From the NCBI GenBank assembly GCA_963809345.1, contig CAWEJF010000005.1:12118-76117 (forward strand): a stretch of DNA of 64,000 nucleotides. Direction: 5' to 3'. The position numbers and the translations under genes were made by a program. The notes below the pieces were generated by a model, which worked only from the letters and a program-made list of their open reading frames with translations, had not been told where the DNA came from and made no database searches. The stretch comes from Candidatus Aminicenantes bacterium (GTDB taxonomy: Bacteria; Acidobacteriota; Aminicenantia; Aminicenantales; Saccharicenantaceae). Position 1 is the first letter of the stretch. Each line of letters begins with the position of its first letter. Shown piece by piece: positions 24,749 to 34,157 of this stretch.

Positions 24749-25774
24749 TCAGCGCTTCCGCAGGAGGCCGAAGACGGCCAGCCGGATGAGCGTTTCGCGC
24801 GGCGACGTTTCCGGGAACGGGTGGATGGCTTCGAGAGACTTCTCGGCGAATCCCCTGGCCCGGCCGGCCGCGTGGTCGAAGGCCCCGCACGCCGCCAGGC
24901 CTTCGAGGAGGCCGCGCCGCTCCTCCGCGGAGATGTCCTTCCGGCCGACGAGCGACTTGACTTGCTGCCGCCCGGCCCGGCCACCGGACTCGAGAGCGGT
25001 GATGAGGGGCAGGGTGATCCGCCCCTCGCCGAGGTCGGACAAGGTCGGCTTGCCGAGGACCCGGGCGTCCCCGGTGAAATCGAGCAGGTCGTCGACGATC
25101 TGGAACGTCTTCCCCAAGTTCAGGCCGTAGGCGGCGACGGCCTCCTCCTCTTCGGGCGAAGCCAGGCCGAGGATGGCCCCGATGCGGCAGCAGGCGCCGA
25201 AGAGGACCGCGGTCTTGTTCTCGACGATGTCCAGGTACTGCTGCTCCGTGATCCGGAGGTCGCCCGACACGGCATACTCGTCGAGCTCGCCTTCGATCAT
25301 CCGCGCCGAGATGTCGGCCAGGAGGCGGATGACCCGCTCGTGGCGGGACTGGAGGGACAGGCCGATGGACTTGATGTAGAGATAGTCGCCGAGGAGGACG
25401 GTGATGTTCGGGCCCCACTTGGCGTGGACGGATTCCTTGCCTCGGCGGACTCCGGCGTTGTCGACGATGTCGTCGTGGATGAGACTGGCGGTGTGAAGGA
25501 GCTCGACGAGCGAGGCCAAGAAGACCGATTCCTCGCTGCCAGGGCTGAAGAGCCGGGATGTCAGCAGGACGATGGCCGGGCGGAGCCTCTTCCCCTTCTT
25601 GCGGAGGACATAGCGGCTGATCTCGGCGGTCAGGGGGTTGGACGAGCGGGACCAGGATTCGAGCCGGTCCTCGACCCGGTCGAGGTCGGACCGGATGTCC
25701 TTGTAGAGCGACGACATGTCGTTCCACTTGGCGACGGACGACCAGCGGTCGACGAGAGGGGTCGGCGAGGTCAT
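24749..25774 (-). CDS. trans-polyprenyl diphosphate synthase (long-chain, IspB-like)
   Basis: 341 aa. First DDxxD in LIHDDIVDNAGVRRG, second in FQIVDDLLDF. The start overlaps the yajQ stop (ATGA). Confidence 0.85.
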   Translation of the reverse strand: MTSPTPLVDRWSSVAKWNDMSSLYKDIRSDLDRVEDRLESWSRSSNPLTAEISRYVLRKKGKRLRPAIVLLTSRLFSPGSEESVFLASLVELLHTASLIHDDIVDNAGVRRGKESVHAKWGPNITVLLGDYLYIKSIGLSLQSRHERVIRLLADISARMIEGELDEYAVSGDLRITEQQYLDIVENKTAVLFGACCRIGAILGLASPEEEEAVAAYGLNLGKTFQIVDDLLDFTGDARVLGKPTLSDLGEGRITLPLITALESGGRAGRQQVKSLVGRKDISAEERRGLLEGLAACGAFDHAAGRARGFAEKSLEAIHPFPETSPRETLIRLAVFGLLRKR

Positions 25775-26262
25775 CGGTAGTTCGCGAACTGCATGTGGAT
25801 GCCGAGGTCCTTGCCCTTGAGGAAGGCGATGACCTCCTGAAGGACGTCGATCTTGGCCGACGACACCCGGACCTCGTCGCCCTGGATGGCCACCTGGGCC
25901 TTGAATTTCTCCGCCTTGACCAGCTTAACGATCTCGCGGGCCTTCTCGATGGGGATGCCGACTTGGAAGAGGACCTCCTGCTTGACCGTGCGGTTCGCCC
26001 CGTCCTCGACGCGGCGGTACTCGAGGGCCCGCAGGGGCACTTTCCGCTTGACCAGCTTTTCCTCGAGGGCCAATTTCAGGGCCTTGATCTTGAGGTCGTC
26101 CTCGGCGACGAGAGTCAGCTTGTCCTTCTCGAGGACGATGTCGACCCGGCTGTTCCTAAAATCGAAGCGGTTGCGGATCTCCTTCAAGGTGATGTTGACG
26201 GCGTTCGCGACTTCTTGGAGGTCGATGCGGGAGACGATATCGAAGGAGTGATCCAGGCCCAT
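25771..26262 (-). CDS. yajQ: YajQ-family nucleotide (cyclic-di-GMP)-binding protein
   Basis: 163 aa. SFDIVSRIDLQEVANAVNITLKEIRNRFDFRNS and the overall length match UPF0234/YajQ. Confidence 0.85.
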   Translation of the reverse strand: MGLDHSFDIVSRIDLQEVANAVNITLKEIRNRFDFRNSRVDIVLEKDKLTLVAEDDLKIKALKLALEEKLVKRKVPLRALEYRRVEDGANRTVKQEVLFQVGIPIEKAREIVKLVKAEKFKAQVAIQGDEVRVSSAKIDVLQEVIAFLKGKDLGIHMQFANYR

Positions 26263-26274
26263 AGCGCGGCCATT

Positions 26275-27084
26275 TTAGCATTGACCCCCCGTTTTTTCAA
26301 ACGGGAACATCCCGGCGAAATTCCGTGTCGTCGCCCCGGCCAGCTCCTCGAGGGCCAGGCCTCGGAGACCGGCCAGGACGCGGGCCGTCTCGACGACGAA
26401 GGCGGGCTCGTTCCGCCGGCCCGAGCCTCGGAGGGGCACGGGGGCGAGATAGGGGGAATCGGTCTCGACGAGCAGGCGGTCGAGGGGGACCTTGGCGGCG
26501 ACCTCGCGGAGCGCGCCGGCCTTGGGGAAGGTCAGGATGCCCGAGAACGACACAAAAAAGCCCCTGTCGAGCATGGCCCGGGCCGTCCCCCAATCCTCGG
26601 TGAAGCAGTGGAGTATGCCCCCCCCGCGGAAACTCTCCCCGTCGACCGCCTCGACGATGTCCGCGCCCGAGAATCTGCTGTGAAGGATGACCGGGAGGCC
26701 GGCCTCAGCGGCGAGCGCCAGTTGGCGCCGCAGGGCCCCGAGCTGCGCGTCCTTGGGCGAGAAGTCGTAGTGATAGTCGAGACCGATCTCGCCGACGGCC
26801 CGGATGGCGCCGCCTGCGGCCAGGGCCTTGAGCTCGCGGAGATGGTCCGATGTGAGGTCCTTGGCCTGGTGGGCGTGAACGCCGGCCGCCGCGAGGATCG
26901 TCGGGAACTCGGCGGCGAGCGCGGCGATCACCGGGAAGCTCTCGGCACGGGTCAGGTCGGCCGGGCAGAGAATGGCGACGATGCCCGCCGCAAACGCCCG
27001 GCGGACCGTTTCGGCCCGGTCGGGATCGAACTCGGGCATGTCGAGGTGGGCGTGGGAATCGACCAGGCGGGGCTTTGCGTCCAT
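26275..27084 (-). CDS. tatD: TatD-family metal-dependent hydrolase/DNase
   Basis: ORF track 26275..27399. Start moved to ATG 27084 (MDAKPRLVDSHAHLDMPEFD). VDSHAHL, GEIGLDYHY and ETDSPYLAP motifs are present. Confidence 0.85.
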   Translation of the reverse strand: MDAKPRLVDSHAHLDMPEFDPDRAETVRRAFAAGIVAILCPADLTRAESFPVIAALAAEFPTILAAAGVHAHQAKDLTSDHLRELKALAAGGAIRAVGEIGLDYHYDFSPKDAQLGALRRQLALAAEAGLPVILHSRFSGADIVEAVDGESFRGGGILHCFTEDWGTARAMLDRGFFVSFSGILTFPKAGALREVAAKVPLDRLLVETDSPYLAPVPLRGSGRRNEPAFVVETARVLAGLRGLALEELAGATTRNFAGMFPFEKTGGQC

Positions 27085-27128
27085 ATAAAGAAGAAGGGGG
27101 ACGCGCACCTTCGCGGCACGCGTCCCCC
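27085..27128 (-). terminator. rho-independent terminator after the DUF885 gene (carries copy 2 of the 17-nt motif)
   Basis: GGGGGACGCG (27096-27105), 13-nt loop, CGCGTCCCCC (27119-27128). On the reverse strand the hairpin is followed by TTCTTCTTTAT. It lies 10 bp after the DUF885 stop. Confidence 0.6.
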
Positions 27129-27137
27129 TCGTGGGAT

Positions 27138-28871
27138 CTACTGGGCCATCTTGATCTTCAGCGTCCGGAGCGGCAGCGCGCCGTAGCTGAGGAGCTTCTG
27201 CAGGAATTCCCTGGCGTTGAAGGAGTCCCCCTTGAGCTTGCGGTAATCCTTTTCCATGTCCAGGATCTCTTGGTATCCGATGTAAGCCTGCGCGCCCACG
27301 CCCGGACAGAGGACGAGCTGGTTCCAGTGGCGTTCGGCCTCGGTCTTGGTCATGAATCCCCTGACGGTCATGTAATCGATGACCTTGTCCTTGGTCCATG
27401 TCCCCTCGTGGACGTTGATGTCCATCTGGAAATCGATGACCGTCTTGAGCATGAGCTTGAGCTGGTTGAGGCGCATGCGCAGATCGTAATTGCCGAAGCC
27501 GGACTCCATGAACAGGTCCTCGAGGAAGATCGGCCAGCCCTTGAGGAGCCCCTGGTTGGGGGCCATCCGCTTGATGACCGACGGGTTTTTGCGGGTATCA
27601 TAGATGGGCACGAAGCTGCCGGGGAAGATCCTCTGGATGGTCATGAAATCGATGTAGTAGTTATTGTGCTCTTCGAGGAAAGATGTGGCCTCGTCGGCCG
27701 ACCAGGCGGCGGGGATGGGCTTGATGAAGAGCGTGTAGGGCCCGGACGCTTCGAAGGCGCCGGGGGCCGTCAGGCGGGCCCACAAGCCGTCCGCGAAGTA
27801 GGCGGGCATGGGCTCGATGGTCAGGTTCTCCGTCGGCAGCTCGATGAGGTTCTGCTGCTGGACAAAGCTCTTGATGGCGCCCGCGCCGGTGTTGATGCGG
27901 GCCACGAACTCGTCGCGGCCGACGTGGTCGCCCTTGATCTTGTCGAGAACGCCCTGGATGACGGTGTTCCGGGTCTGCTCCTCACCCTTCGTCCGGCCGA
28001 GCTGTTCGATGTCGACGGTGGGGTACATGATCTTGTAGAAGGGGATACAGACGAGGAACATCTCGCGGCGGATGTTGTTGAAGTCGGCGAGGGAGCGTTG
28101 GACGATCTCCTCGAGGATGGGCAGATTGCCCTGTGTCGTCCGGCGGAGCAGCCGCAGGTGCGGTTCGGGCATACGGAAGTTCCCGGTCGACTTGGCCAGG
28201 AGCTCGCCCTTCAGAAAGCGCTGGTAGTCCTCGAGGGCGGCGACGGCCTTGACGACCTCGGCCTGGAGAGCGGGGGAGCCGCCGGAGAGCTTGGGGATCT
28301 CGACCCTGTAGAAATCGAGGATGGCGGGCATCTGGTCGATGGCCGCCTGCGTGTATTCCTGCGGCGGGTTCTTCAGGCTGTCCTTGGCCCTCTTCACCAG
28401 CCCGGGGATGAGCTTGGCCCGGGCCGCGGCGGCGGCGCCGCCGTTCTTGACGAGAAGGCTGTGGACGCCGTTGACGAAGAGGTCGTTGTAGAGGAGCGGG
28501 TTGTCCTGCCAGGGAAGGGTGTACTGGAGCTTGAGGAACTCGAGGTCGAGAAAGTCGAGATAGAGCTCGTGGTCGATCTGGTTGTCGGCGGAGAGCTTGG
28601 TCTTGTCGATCTTGGTGACCAGCTCCTGATTGAACGCGTCGAGCTGCTCGTTGAACTTGTCGAGGGCCCCCTCACTCGGGTCCTCGAGCTTGTCGTTGTA
28701 CTTCGTGTAGCCCTGCATGGTCCCGGCGGTCGGGTAGAACTTGAAATAGGCGTCCCAGAACGTGTCCTGGAACTTCTTGAATTTGGCGTCCTCGGCCGAC
28801 TGAGCGAGCAGGACGCCCGTCGTGCAGGCGACGAGAGCGAGCACGGCGATGACGGTGGCTGTTCTTTTCAT
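27138..28871 (-). CDS. DUF885-family secreted protein
   Basis: ORF track 27138..28946. Start moved to ATG 28871 behind GAGGAGG (MKRTATVIAVLALVACTTGVLLAQS). FWDAYFKFYPTAGTMQGY, NQIDHELYLDFLDLEF and the C-terminal helical region are typical of DUF885 (from memory). Confidence 0.75.
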   Translation of the reverse strand: MKRTATVIAVLALVACTTGVLLAQSAEDAKFKKFQDTFWDAYFKFYPTAGTMQGYTKYNDKLEDPSEGALDKFNEQLDAFNQELVTKIDKTKLSADNQIDHELYLDFLDLEFLKLQYTLPWQDNPLLYNDLFVNGVHSLLVKNGGAAAAARAKLIPGLVKRAKDSLKNPPQEYTQAAIDQMPAILDFYRVEIPKLSGGSPALQAEVVKAVAALEDYQRFLKGELLAKSTGNFRMPEPHLRLLRRTTQGNLPILEEIVQRSLADFNNIRREMFLVCIPFYKIMYPTVDIEQLGRTKGEEQTRNTVIQGVLDKIKGDHVGRDEFVARINTGAGAIKSFVQQQNLIELPTENLTIEPMPAYFADGLWARLTAPGAFEASGPYTLFIKPIPAAWSADEATSFLEEHNNYYIDFMTIQRIFPGSFVPIYDTRKNPSVIKRMAPNQGLLKGWPIFLEDLFMESGFGNYDLRMRLNQLKLMLKTVIDFQMDINVHEGTWTKDKVIDYMTVRGFMTKTEAERHWNQLVLCPGVGAQAYIGYQEILDMEKDYRKLKGDSFNAREFLQKLLSYGALPLRTLKIKMAQ

Positions 28872-28968
28872 GCGTTCCTCCTCAAAGCGTCGCGGAAATC
28901 CTAGCACACTTCTTCCTTCCCTGACAAACCCTTTTACAACCCTCAATGTATGTGAACGGGGTCCACTT

Positions 28969-29979
28969 TTACCAGCGGATGAACGCCGACGCCCAGGTGT
29001 AGCCGGACCCGAACGCCGTCAGGGCGACGAGGTTCCCCCGCCTGATCCGGCCGGACTTCACGGCCTCGTCGAGAGCGATGGGGATGGAGGCGGCCGTCGT
29101 GTTGCCGAAGCGGTCGATGTTCCGGACGACCTTCTCGACCGGGATCTTGAGGCCCTTGGCGACCATGAGCGAGATCCGGTCGTTGGCCTGGTGCGGGATG
29201 AGGGCGTCGATGTCCTCGACCGTCAGGCCGTTCTTCTCGAGACCGAAGCGGATGGCCTCGGGCATACGCTGGCAGGCGTTGACGAAGACGTTCCGGCCGT
29301 CCATCTTCGGGGCGAAGCGGCCCTCCTCGAAGAAGGCCGTCTGGAACGTCGGCTTGTCTTTGGGGCTGGGCTTTTCCATCCACAGGTGGGAGAAAAAGTT
29401 CCCGTCCGCGAACAGGTGGGTCGAGAGGATGCCCCGGCCGTCGCCGTCCATGCCCGGCTCGAGGATGACGGCCCCGGCCCCGTCGCCGAAGAGGACCGAC
29501 AGGTCTCGGCCCTTGTCCGAGAAGTCGAGGTTGCTCGATTGGACCTCGGCGGCGACGAGGAGGATTCTTTTGTACGTCCCGGTCCGGATGTACTGGTCGG
29601 CGACGGACAGGGCGTAGATGAAGCCGCTGCACTGGTTGCGGACGTCGAGCGCGCCGGTTGTGCCCAGTCCCAGCTTGGCCTGGATGAGGACGCCGATGCC
29701 GGGGAAGTAGTGGTCGGGGGAGATGGTCGCCGCGACCACGAAATCGATGGAAGCCGGATCGATCCCGGCGTCGGCGATGGCCCGCCGGGCCGCTTCGACG
29801 GCCAGGTCGGACGTGCCGACCCCCGGATCGACGTGGTGCCGCTCGACGATGCCGCTCCGCTCCCGGATCCACGCGTCGGACGTGGTCATGAGCTTTTCGA
29901 GGTCGTGGTTGGTGACGACGCGGGGCGGAACGTAGTGGCCGGTGCCAGTGATGATGGTCCGAGGGGTTGTCATGCTCAT
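28969..29979 (-). CDS. fabH: 3-oxoacyl-ACP synthase III
   Basis: 336 aa. TSDAWIRERSGI; active-site Cys in NQCSGFIYAL; HQAN; GNTTAASIP; C-terminal GSGYTWA. Confidence 0.9.
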   Translation of the reverse strand: MSMTTPRTIITGTGHYVPPRVVTNHDLEKLMTTSDAWIRERSGIVERHHVDPGVGTSDLAVEAARRAIADAGIDPASIDFVVAATISPDHYFPGIGVLIQAKLGLGTTGALDVRNQCSGFIYALSVADQYIRTGTYKRILLVAAEVQSSNLDFSDKGRDLSVLFGDGAGAVILEPGMDGDGRGILSTHLFADGNFFSHLWMEKPSPKDKPTFQTAFFEEGRFAPKMDGRNVFVNACQRMPEAIRFGLEKNGLTVEDIDALIPHQANDRISLMVAKGLKIPVEKVVRNIDRFGNTTAASIPIALDEAVKSGRIRRGNLVALTAFGSGYTWASAFIRW

Positions 29980-30034
29980 TGGTATTATAGAGGATGCCTC
30001 CTAAAAAATGAAATCCGGACGGCGGAGGTCCGGA

Positions 30035-31009
30035 TCACAGCAATCCCTTCCAGAGGTACCAGGCGATCGTCTCGCCCAGGCCCTGCTTGAGGGAAAAGAC
30101 GCTCTCGAAGCCCAGTTCCCGCCGGGCCTTGCCGGCGTCGGCCACCCAGCCGTCCGGCTTCATCTGCCGGTACTTGCTGACGTTGAAAAGGGCGTTCCCG
30201 CCGCCGGTGAGGCGCCCGACGCCTTCCGACGCGATCGAGGCCAGGTAGGCCGACCAGATGGGCAGGTGGATGGATACGGGTCTTTTCCCGAGAAGCGCGG
30301 CGACGGCCCCGCCGACGTCCTCCCAGCTGTAGGCCCGGGGGTCGGCGATGTTGAAGATCTCCCCGCTCGGGCGGCCCGAGTCGCCGGCCATCAGGCAGGC
30401 CCGGACGGCGTCCCGGACGTAGATGAGGCTCAAGCGCTTTTGACGTCCCATGACCGGCTTGATGCCGCGCTTGATCCAGCGGAAGAACTCCAGAAAATCT
30501 TCATCACGGGGGCCGTAGATGGCCGCGGCCCGGAGCTGGACGACGGAGTAACGGTCCTTGTATTTCAACACTTCCCGCTCCGCCTGGAGCTTGCTTTCTC
30601 CGTAAGGGGAGACGGGGTGCGGCGGATCGTCCTCGAGAACGCCCCCCTTGGGGTCCGATGGCCCGACGGCGGCGAGGCTGCTCACATGGACGAAACGGAC
30701 CCGGCCAGCCTGGCTCTCGAGGGCCCGGAGCAGATTTGCCGTGCCTTCGCGGTTTACGGTATAATATTCCTTCGGTCTGAGGGTTTTGGTCAGTCCGGCC
30801 GCGTGGTAGACGCACGCGAGGCCGGCAGGCAGGCCGGGCACGCTCCCGAGGCCCCCGGTGAGAAGGCGGACGCGCTCGACCCCCTCGAGCCAGCGCAGCC
30901 GGCGCGGGTCGCGGACGAGGGCGTAGACCTCGCTGCCGGGTTTTTCGAGGAGCGCTTCGACGAGATGGCTCCCGAGGAAGCCCGTCCCCCCGGTGACCAA
31001 GACTCGCAT
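30035..31009 (-). CDS. NAD-dependent epimerase/dehydratase-family SDR
   Basis: ORF track 30035..31144. Start moved to ATG 31009 (MRVLVTGGTGFLGSHLVEALL Rossmann GxxGxxG). YGESK matches the YxxxK catalytic motif. Confidence 0.8.
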   Translation of the reverse strand: MRVLVTGGTGFLGSHLVEALLEKPGSEVYALVRDPRRLRWLEGVERVRLLTGGLGSVPGLPAGLACVYHAAGLTKTLRPKEYYTVNREGTANLLRALESQAGRVRFVHVSSLAAVGPSDPKGGVLEDDPPHPVSPYGESKLQAEREVLKYKDRYSVVQLRAAAIYGPRDEDFLEFFRWIKRGIKPVMGRQKRLSLIYVRDAVRACLMAGDSGRPSGEIFNIADPRAYSWEDVGGAVAALLGKRPVSIHLPIWSAYLASIASEGVGRLTGGGNALFNVSKYRQMKPDGWVADAGKARRELGFESVFSLKQGLGETIAWYLWKGLL

Positions 31010-31094
31010 GGGCCGGATTGTATGAGATTCGGCCGCGGCGGTCAATGATGCCGTGGGCGGACTCGCGGAGCCAGAGGAATCAGAGGAGACGCAC

Positions 31095-32276
31095 GTGGAC
31101 CTTTTCGACAAGTGCTTGTCCTTCACCCGGGCCGACGATCTCAAGGCGGCGGACCTCTACCCCTACTTCACCCCCATCCAGGAGGCGGTCGGGAACCGCA
31201 TCATGGTCGGGGGACGGCCGATGATCATGGTCGGCTCGAACAACTACCTTGGGCTGGCCGACCATCCCCTGGCCAAGGCGGCGGCCAAGGAAGCGGTCGA
31301 CCGCTACGGGGTCGGGACCTGCGGCTCGCGCTTCCTAACGGGCACGATCGACCTCCACGAGAAGCTCGAACAGCGGCTGGCGAAGTTCCTGAACCGCGAA
31401 GCCGCCCTGACCTTCAGCACGGGCTACCAGACGAACCTCGGCATCATCTCCACGGTCGCGGGGAAAGGCGACGACATCGTCATCGACCGCATGGTCCACG
31501 CCAGCATCATCGACGCGTGCCGGCTGTCGTTTGCGACCGTCCATAAGTTCCGCCACAACGACATGAAGGCCCTCGAGCGATTGCTCGCCTCGCTCGGCAG
31601 CGGGTCCGGCAAGCTCATCGTCGTCGATGGCGTCTTCAGCATGGAGGGCGACATCGCCGACCTGCCCGGCATCGTCCCCCTGGCCCGGAAGTATGGGGCC
31701 CGGATCCTCGTCGACGACGCCCACGGCATGGGCGTCCTCGGCGCGCACGGCCGGGGCACGGCCGAGCACTTCGGGCTCGAGAGCGAGATCGACCTGACCA
31801 TGGGCACCTTCAGCAAGACCTTCGCCTCGATCGGCGGCGTCGTGGCCGGCGCGAAGCCGGTCATCTCCTACATCAAGCACCATGCCCGGCCGCTGATCTT
31901 CAGCGCCGCGGCGACGCCGGGATCGGTCGCCTCGGTCCTGGCCATCCTGGACATGCTCGAAACGCGGCCGGAGCTCCGGGCCCGCCTGTGGGCCGTCACC
32001 GAGCGGATGCGGACCGGCTTCCAGGCCATGGGCTACGACACGGGCCGCTCGCAGACGCCCATCATCCCCATCCTCGTCGGCGACGATGAGAAGGGCTTCA
32101 TGCTTTGGAGGCTCCTCCGGGAGGAGGGGATCTTTACGACCCCGGTCGTCTATCCGGCCGTCCCCCACGGTCAGGCCCTGATCCGGACGAGCTATGGGGC
32201 GGGCCACACCGACGAAGAGCTCGACGCGATCCTGGCCGCCTTCGAGAAATGCGGCCGGGCCCTGGGGATCATCTGA
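31095..32276 (+). CDS. PLP-dependent alpha-oxoamine synthase, serine-palmitoyltransferase-like
   Basis: ORF track 31053..32276. The likely start is GTG 31095, after GAGGAG. SNNYLGL, GTCGSRFLTGT, FSTGYQTNLGIISTVAGKGD, HASIIDAC, DDAHGMGVLG and the PLP lysine in GTFSKTF. The N-terminal DLYPYFTPIQ and the GSRxLxGT pattern look closer to SPT than to BioF/Kbl (from memory). Confidence 0.8.
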   Translation: MDLFDKCLSFTRADDLKAADLYPYFTPIQEAVGNRIMVGGRPMIMVGSNNYLGLADHPLAKAAAKEAVDRYGVGTCGSRFLTGTIDLHEKLEQRLAKFLNREAALTFSTGYQTNLGIISTVAGKGDDIVIDRMVHASIIDACRLSFATVHKFRHNDMKALERLLASLGSGSGKLIVVDGVFSMEGDIADLPGIVPLARKYGARILVDDAHGMGVLGAHGRGTAEHFGLESEIDLTMGTFSKTFASIGGVVAGAKPVISYIKHHARPLIFSAAATPGSVASVLAILDMLETRPELRARLWAVTERMRTGFQAMGYDTGRSQTPIIPILVGDDEKGFMLWRLLREEGIFTTPVVYPAVPHGQALIRTSYGAGHTDEELDAILAAFEKCGRALGII

Positions 32277-32279
32277 GCC

Positions 32280-34094
32280 ATGACGGCCAAGACCCTCCGG
32301 GCTGCCCTCGCGGTCCTCGTCCTGTTCGCGGCCGCGGCGGCCGCCGAAGCGGCCACCATCACCATGCCCCTGTCGCAGGTCAAGCCAGGAATGAAGGGCC
32401 GCGGCAAGAGCGTTTTTCAGGGCCAGGTCATCGAGGATTTCGAGGCCGAGATCCTCGGCGTCCTCGAAAACACCTCGCCCAAGCGCAGCGTCATCCTGGC
32501 CCGGCTCAAGGGCCGGGGCCTCGAATCGACCGGCATCATCGGCGGCATGAGCGGCAGCCCGGTCTACATCGACGGCAAGCTCATCGGCGCCGTGGCCTAC
32601 GGGTTCAGCTTCTCCAAGGAGGCCATCGCCGGGATCACCCCGATCGAGGAGATGCTGGCTGTCGGGACCACGCCGGAGGAGGTCAAGACGGGCGCCGCCG
32701 CGCCCATCATCCTCCGCGAGGACATGAGCCAAGAGGAGCTCTCCGCCACGTTCCTGAAGGCGCTCGCATCCGGCCGCGCCGACAGGGGAGCGGGGTCGAC
32801 CCTCGCGCCCCTCGAGCTGCCGCTCGTCATCAGCGGCTTCTCTCCCCGGGCCTTCGAGAGGGCTCGCTCGTTCTTTGCCCCTATGGGGTTCCGGGCCCTC
32901 CCGGGCGGGACCGGCGGCCAGACCCGGCCGGCCGAAACCCCCGCGCCGCCTGCGCTTCGCGAGGGGGATGCCGTGGGGGTCCAGCTCATCGGCGGCGACC
33001 TCGACATGTCCGCCGTCGGGACGGCCACCTACGTCGACGGCTCTCAGGTCCTGGCCTTCGGCCACCCGATCTACAACCTGGGGAAGGTCGATTACGCCAT
33101 GACCCGGGCCGACGTCATCGCGGTCATGCCAAGTCTCGAGAGCTCGTTCAAGCTGGCCTCGACGGGCCCGGTCATCGGCCGCTTCAGCCAGGACCGGACG
33201 TCCGGGGCCGCGGGGGAGATCGGGGTCTTGCCGCATCTCATCCCGCTCAACATCGGTCTCCAGACCGGGCCGGCGAGCCGCAAGGACTACAAGCTCAAGC
33301 TCGCCGCCGACAAGTTCCTGACGCCGGCGCTCATCAACATGGCCGTGTCCGGGCTCGTCACGAGCGAAGAGCGAAGCTACGGCGACATCACGCTCGATTT
33401 CAACGCCGACGTCTTCCTCGACAAGGGCGGCCTCTCCGTGCACCTCGAGGACCTCTTCTCGGGCAATTACGACAACCCCGCGATAAGCCTGTCCGGGCTT
33501 CTGGCCGGCGTCGTCCATTACCTGATGAACAACGAGTTCAAGGACGTCGGCATCTTCCGCATCGACCTCAACGTCCGGGCCATCGAGGAGAGCCGGCTGG
33601 CCACTCTCGAAAAGGTCCTCCTCGACAAGTACGAGGTGTCCCCGGGCGAGGCCATCCGCCTCAAAGCGTTCTATCGGTCGCAGGACGAGGAGAGCCGGGT
33701 CGAGGAGGTCACGATCGTCGCCCCCGCGCTGCCCGCCGGGAGCGAATTCCAGATCCTCGTCGGCGACGCCGCGTCCATGCAACAGATCGAGCGGGCCCAG
33801 TACCGCATCCAGGAGTACGTTCCGAGGAGCCTCGACCAGCTTGTCCGCCTGCTCAGCAACCTCCGCAAGAACAGCCGGATCTACTTCAGGATCATGGCCA
33901 CCAAGCCGGGGCTCTTCCTGAAGGGCGAGGAGCTGCCCAACCTGCCGCCGACGCTGAAGACGATGTTCGCCTCACCGCGGTCCTCGGCCGCGGGCCCGAA
34001 CGAGATCACCCGGTCGACCCTGAGCGAATATCAGCTCGCCATCCCTTACGTGTTCAAGGGCGGGGCGACCATCCCCGTCCGCATCCGGAAGTAG
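32280..34094 (+). CDS. secreted S55 (SpoIVB-like) serine peptidase domain protein
   Basis: 604 aa with a signal peptide. N-terminal KGRGKSVFQG..FEAEILGV and the catalytic-Ser context GIIGGMSGSPVYIDGKLIGAVAYG are as in peptidase S55. It starts 3 bp after the previous gene. Confidence 0.65.
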   Translation: MTAKTLRAALAVLVLFAAAAAAEAATITMPLSQVKPGMKGRGKSVFQGQVIEDFEAEILGVLENTSPKRSVILARLKGRGLESTGIIGGMSGSPVYIDGKLIGAVAYGFSFSKEAIAGITPIEEMLAVGTTPEEVKTGAAAPIILREDMSQEELSATFLKALASGRADRGAGSTLAPLELPLVISGFSPRAFERARSFFAPMGFRALPGGTGGQTRPAETPAPPALREGDAVGVQLIGGDLDMSAVGTATYVDGSQVLAFGHPIYNLGKVDYAMTRADVIAVMPSLESSFKLASTGPVIGRFSQDRTSGAAGEIGVLPHLIPLNIGLQTGPASRKDYKLKLAADKFLTPALINMAVSGLVTSEERSYGDITLDFNADVFLDKGGLSVHLEDLFSGNYDNPAISLSGLLAGVVHYLMNNEFKDVGIFRIDLNVRAIEESRLATLEKVLLDKYEVSPGEAIRLKAFYRSQDEESRVEEVTIVAPALPAGSEFQILVGDAASMQQIERAQYRIQEYVPRSLDQLVRLLSNLRKNSRIYFRIMATKPGLFLKGEELPNLPPTLKTMFASPRSSAAGPNEITRSTLSEYQLAIPYVFKGGATIPVRIRK

Positions 34095-34157
34095 CCTGGA
34101 CTATTCATGAAAACGCCACGTTACTCCCGTGAATAATCCAGGATAGGAGCCCCCGAC

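Noticed and set aside
31335-33782. 815-aa reverse-strand ORF. Similar long antisense ORFs occur at 21901..23721, 27075..28904, 17752..19248, 48988..50532, 50261..51781, 58406..59899, 10344..11714 and 53309..54466.
   Set aside because: Each lies opposite a gene with strong family signatures (AOS/S55, NSS transporter, DUF885, FG-GAP, lysS, lolE, DGC, DUF5916, bamA). They have R/G/D/E/P-rich composition, no RBS and no motifs. They are treated as GC-driven artefacts.
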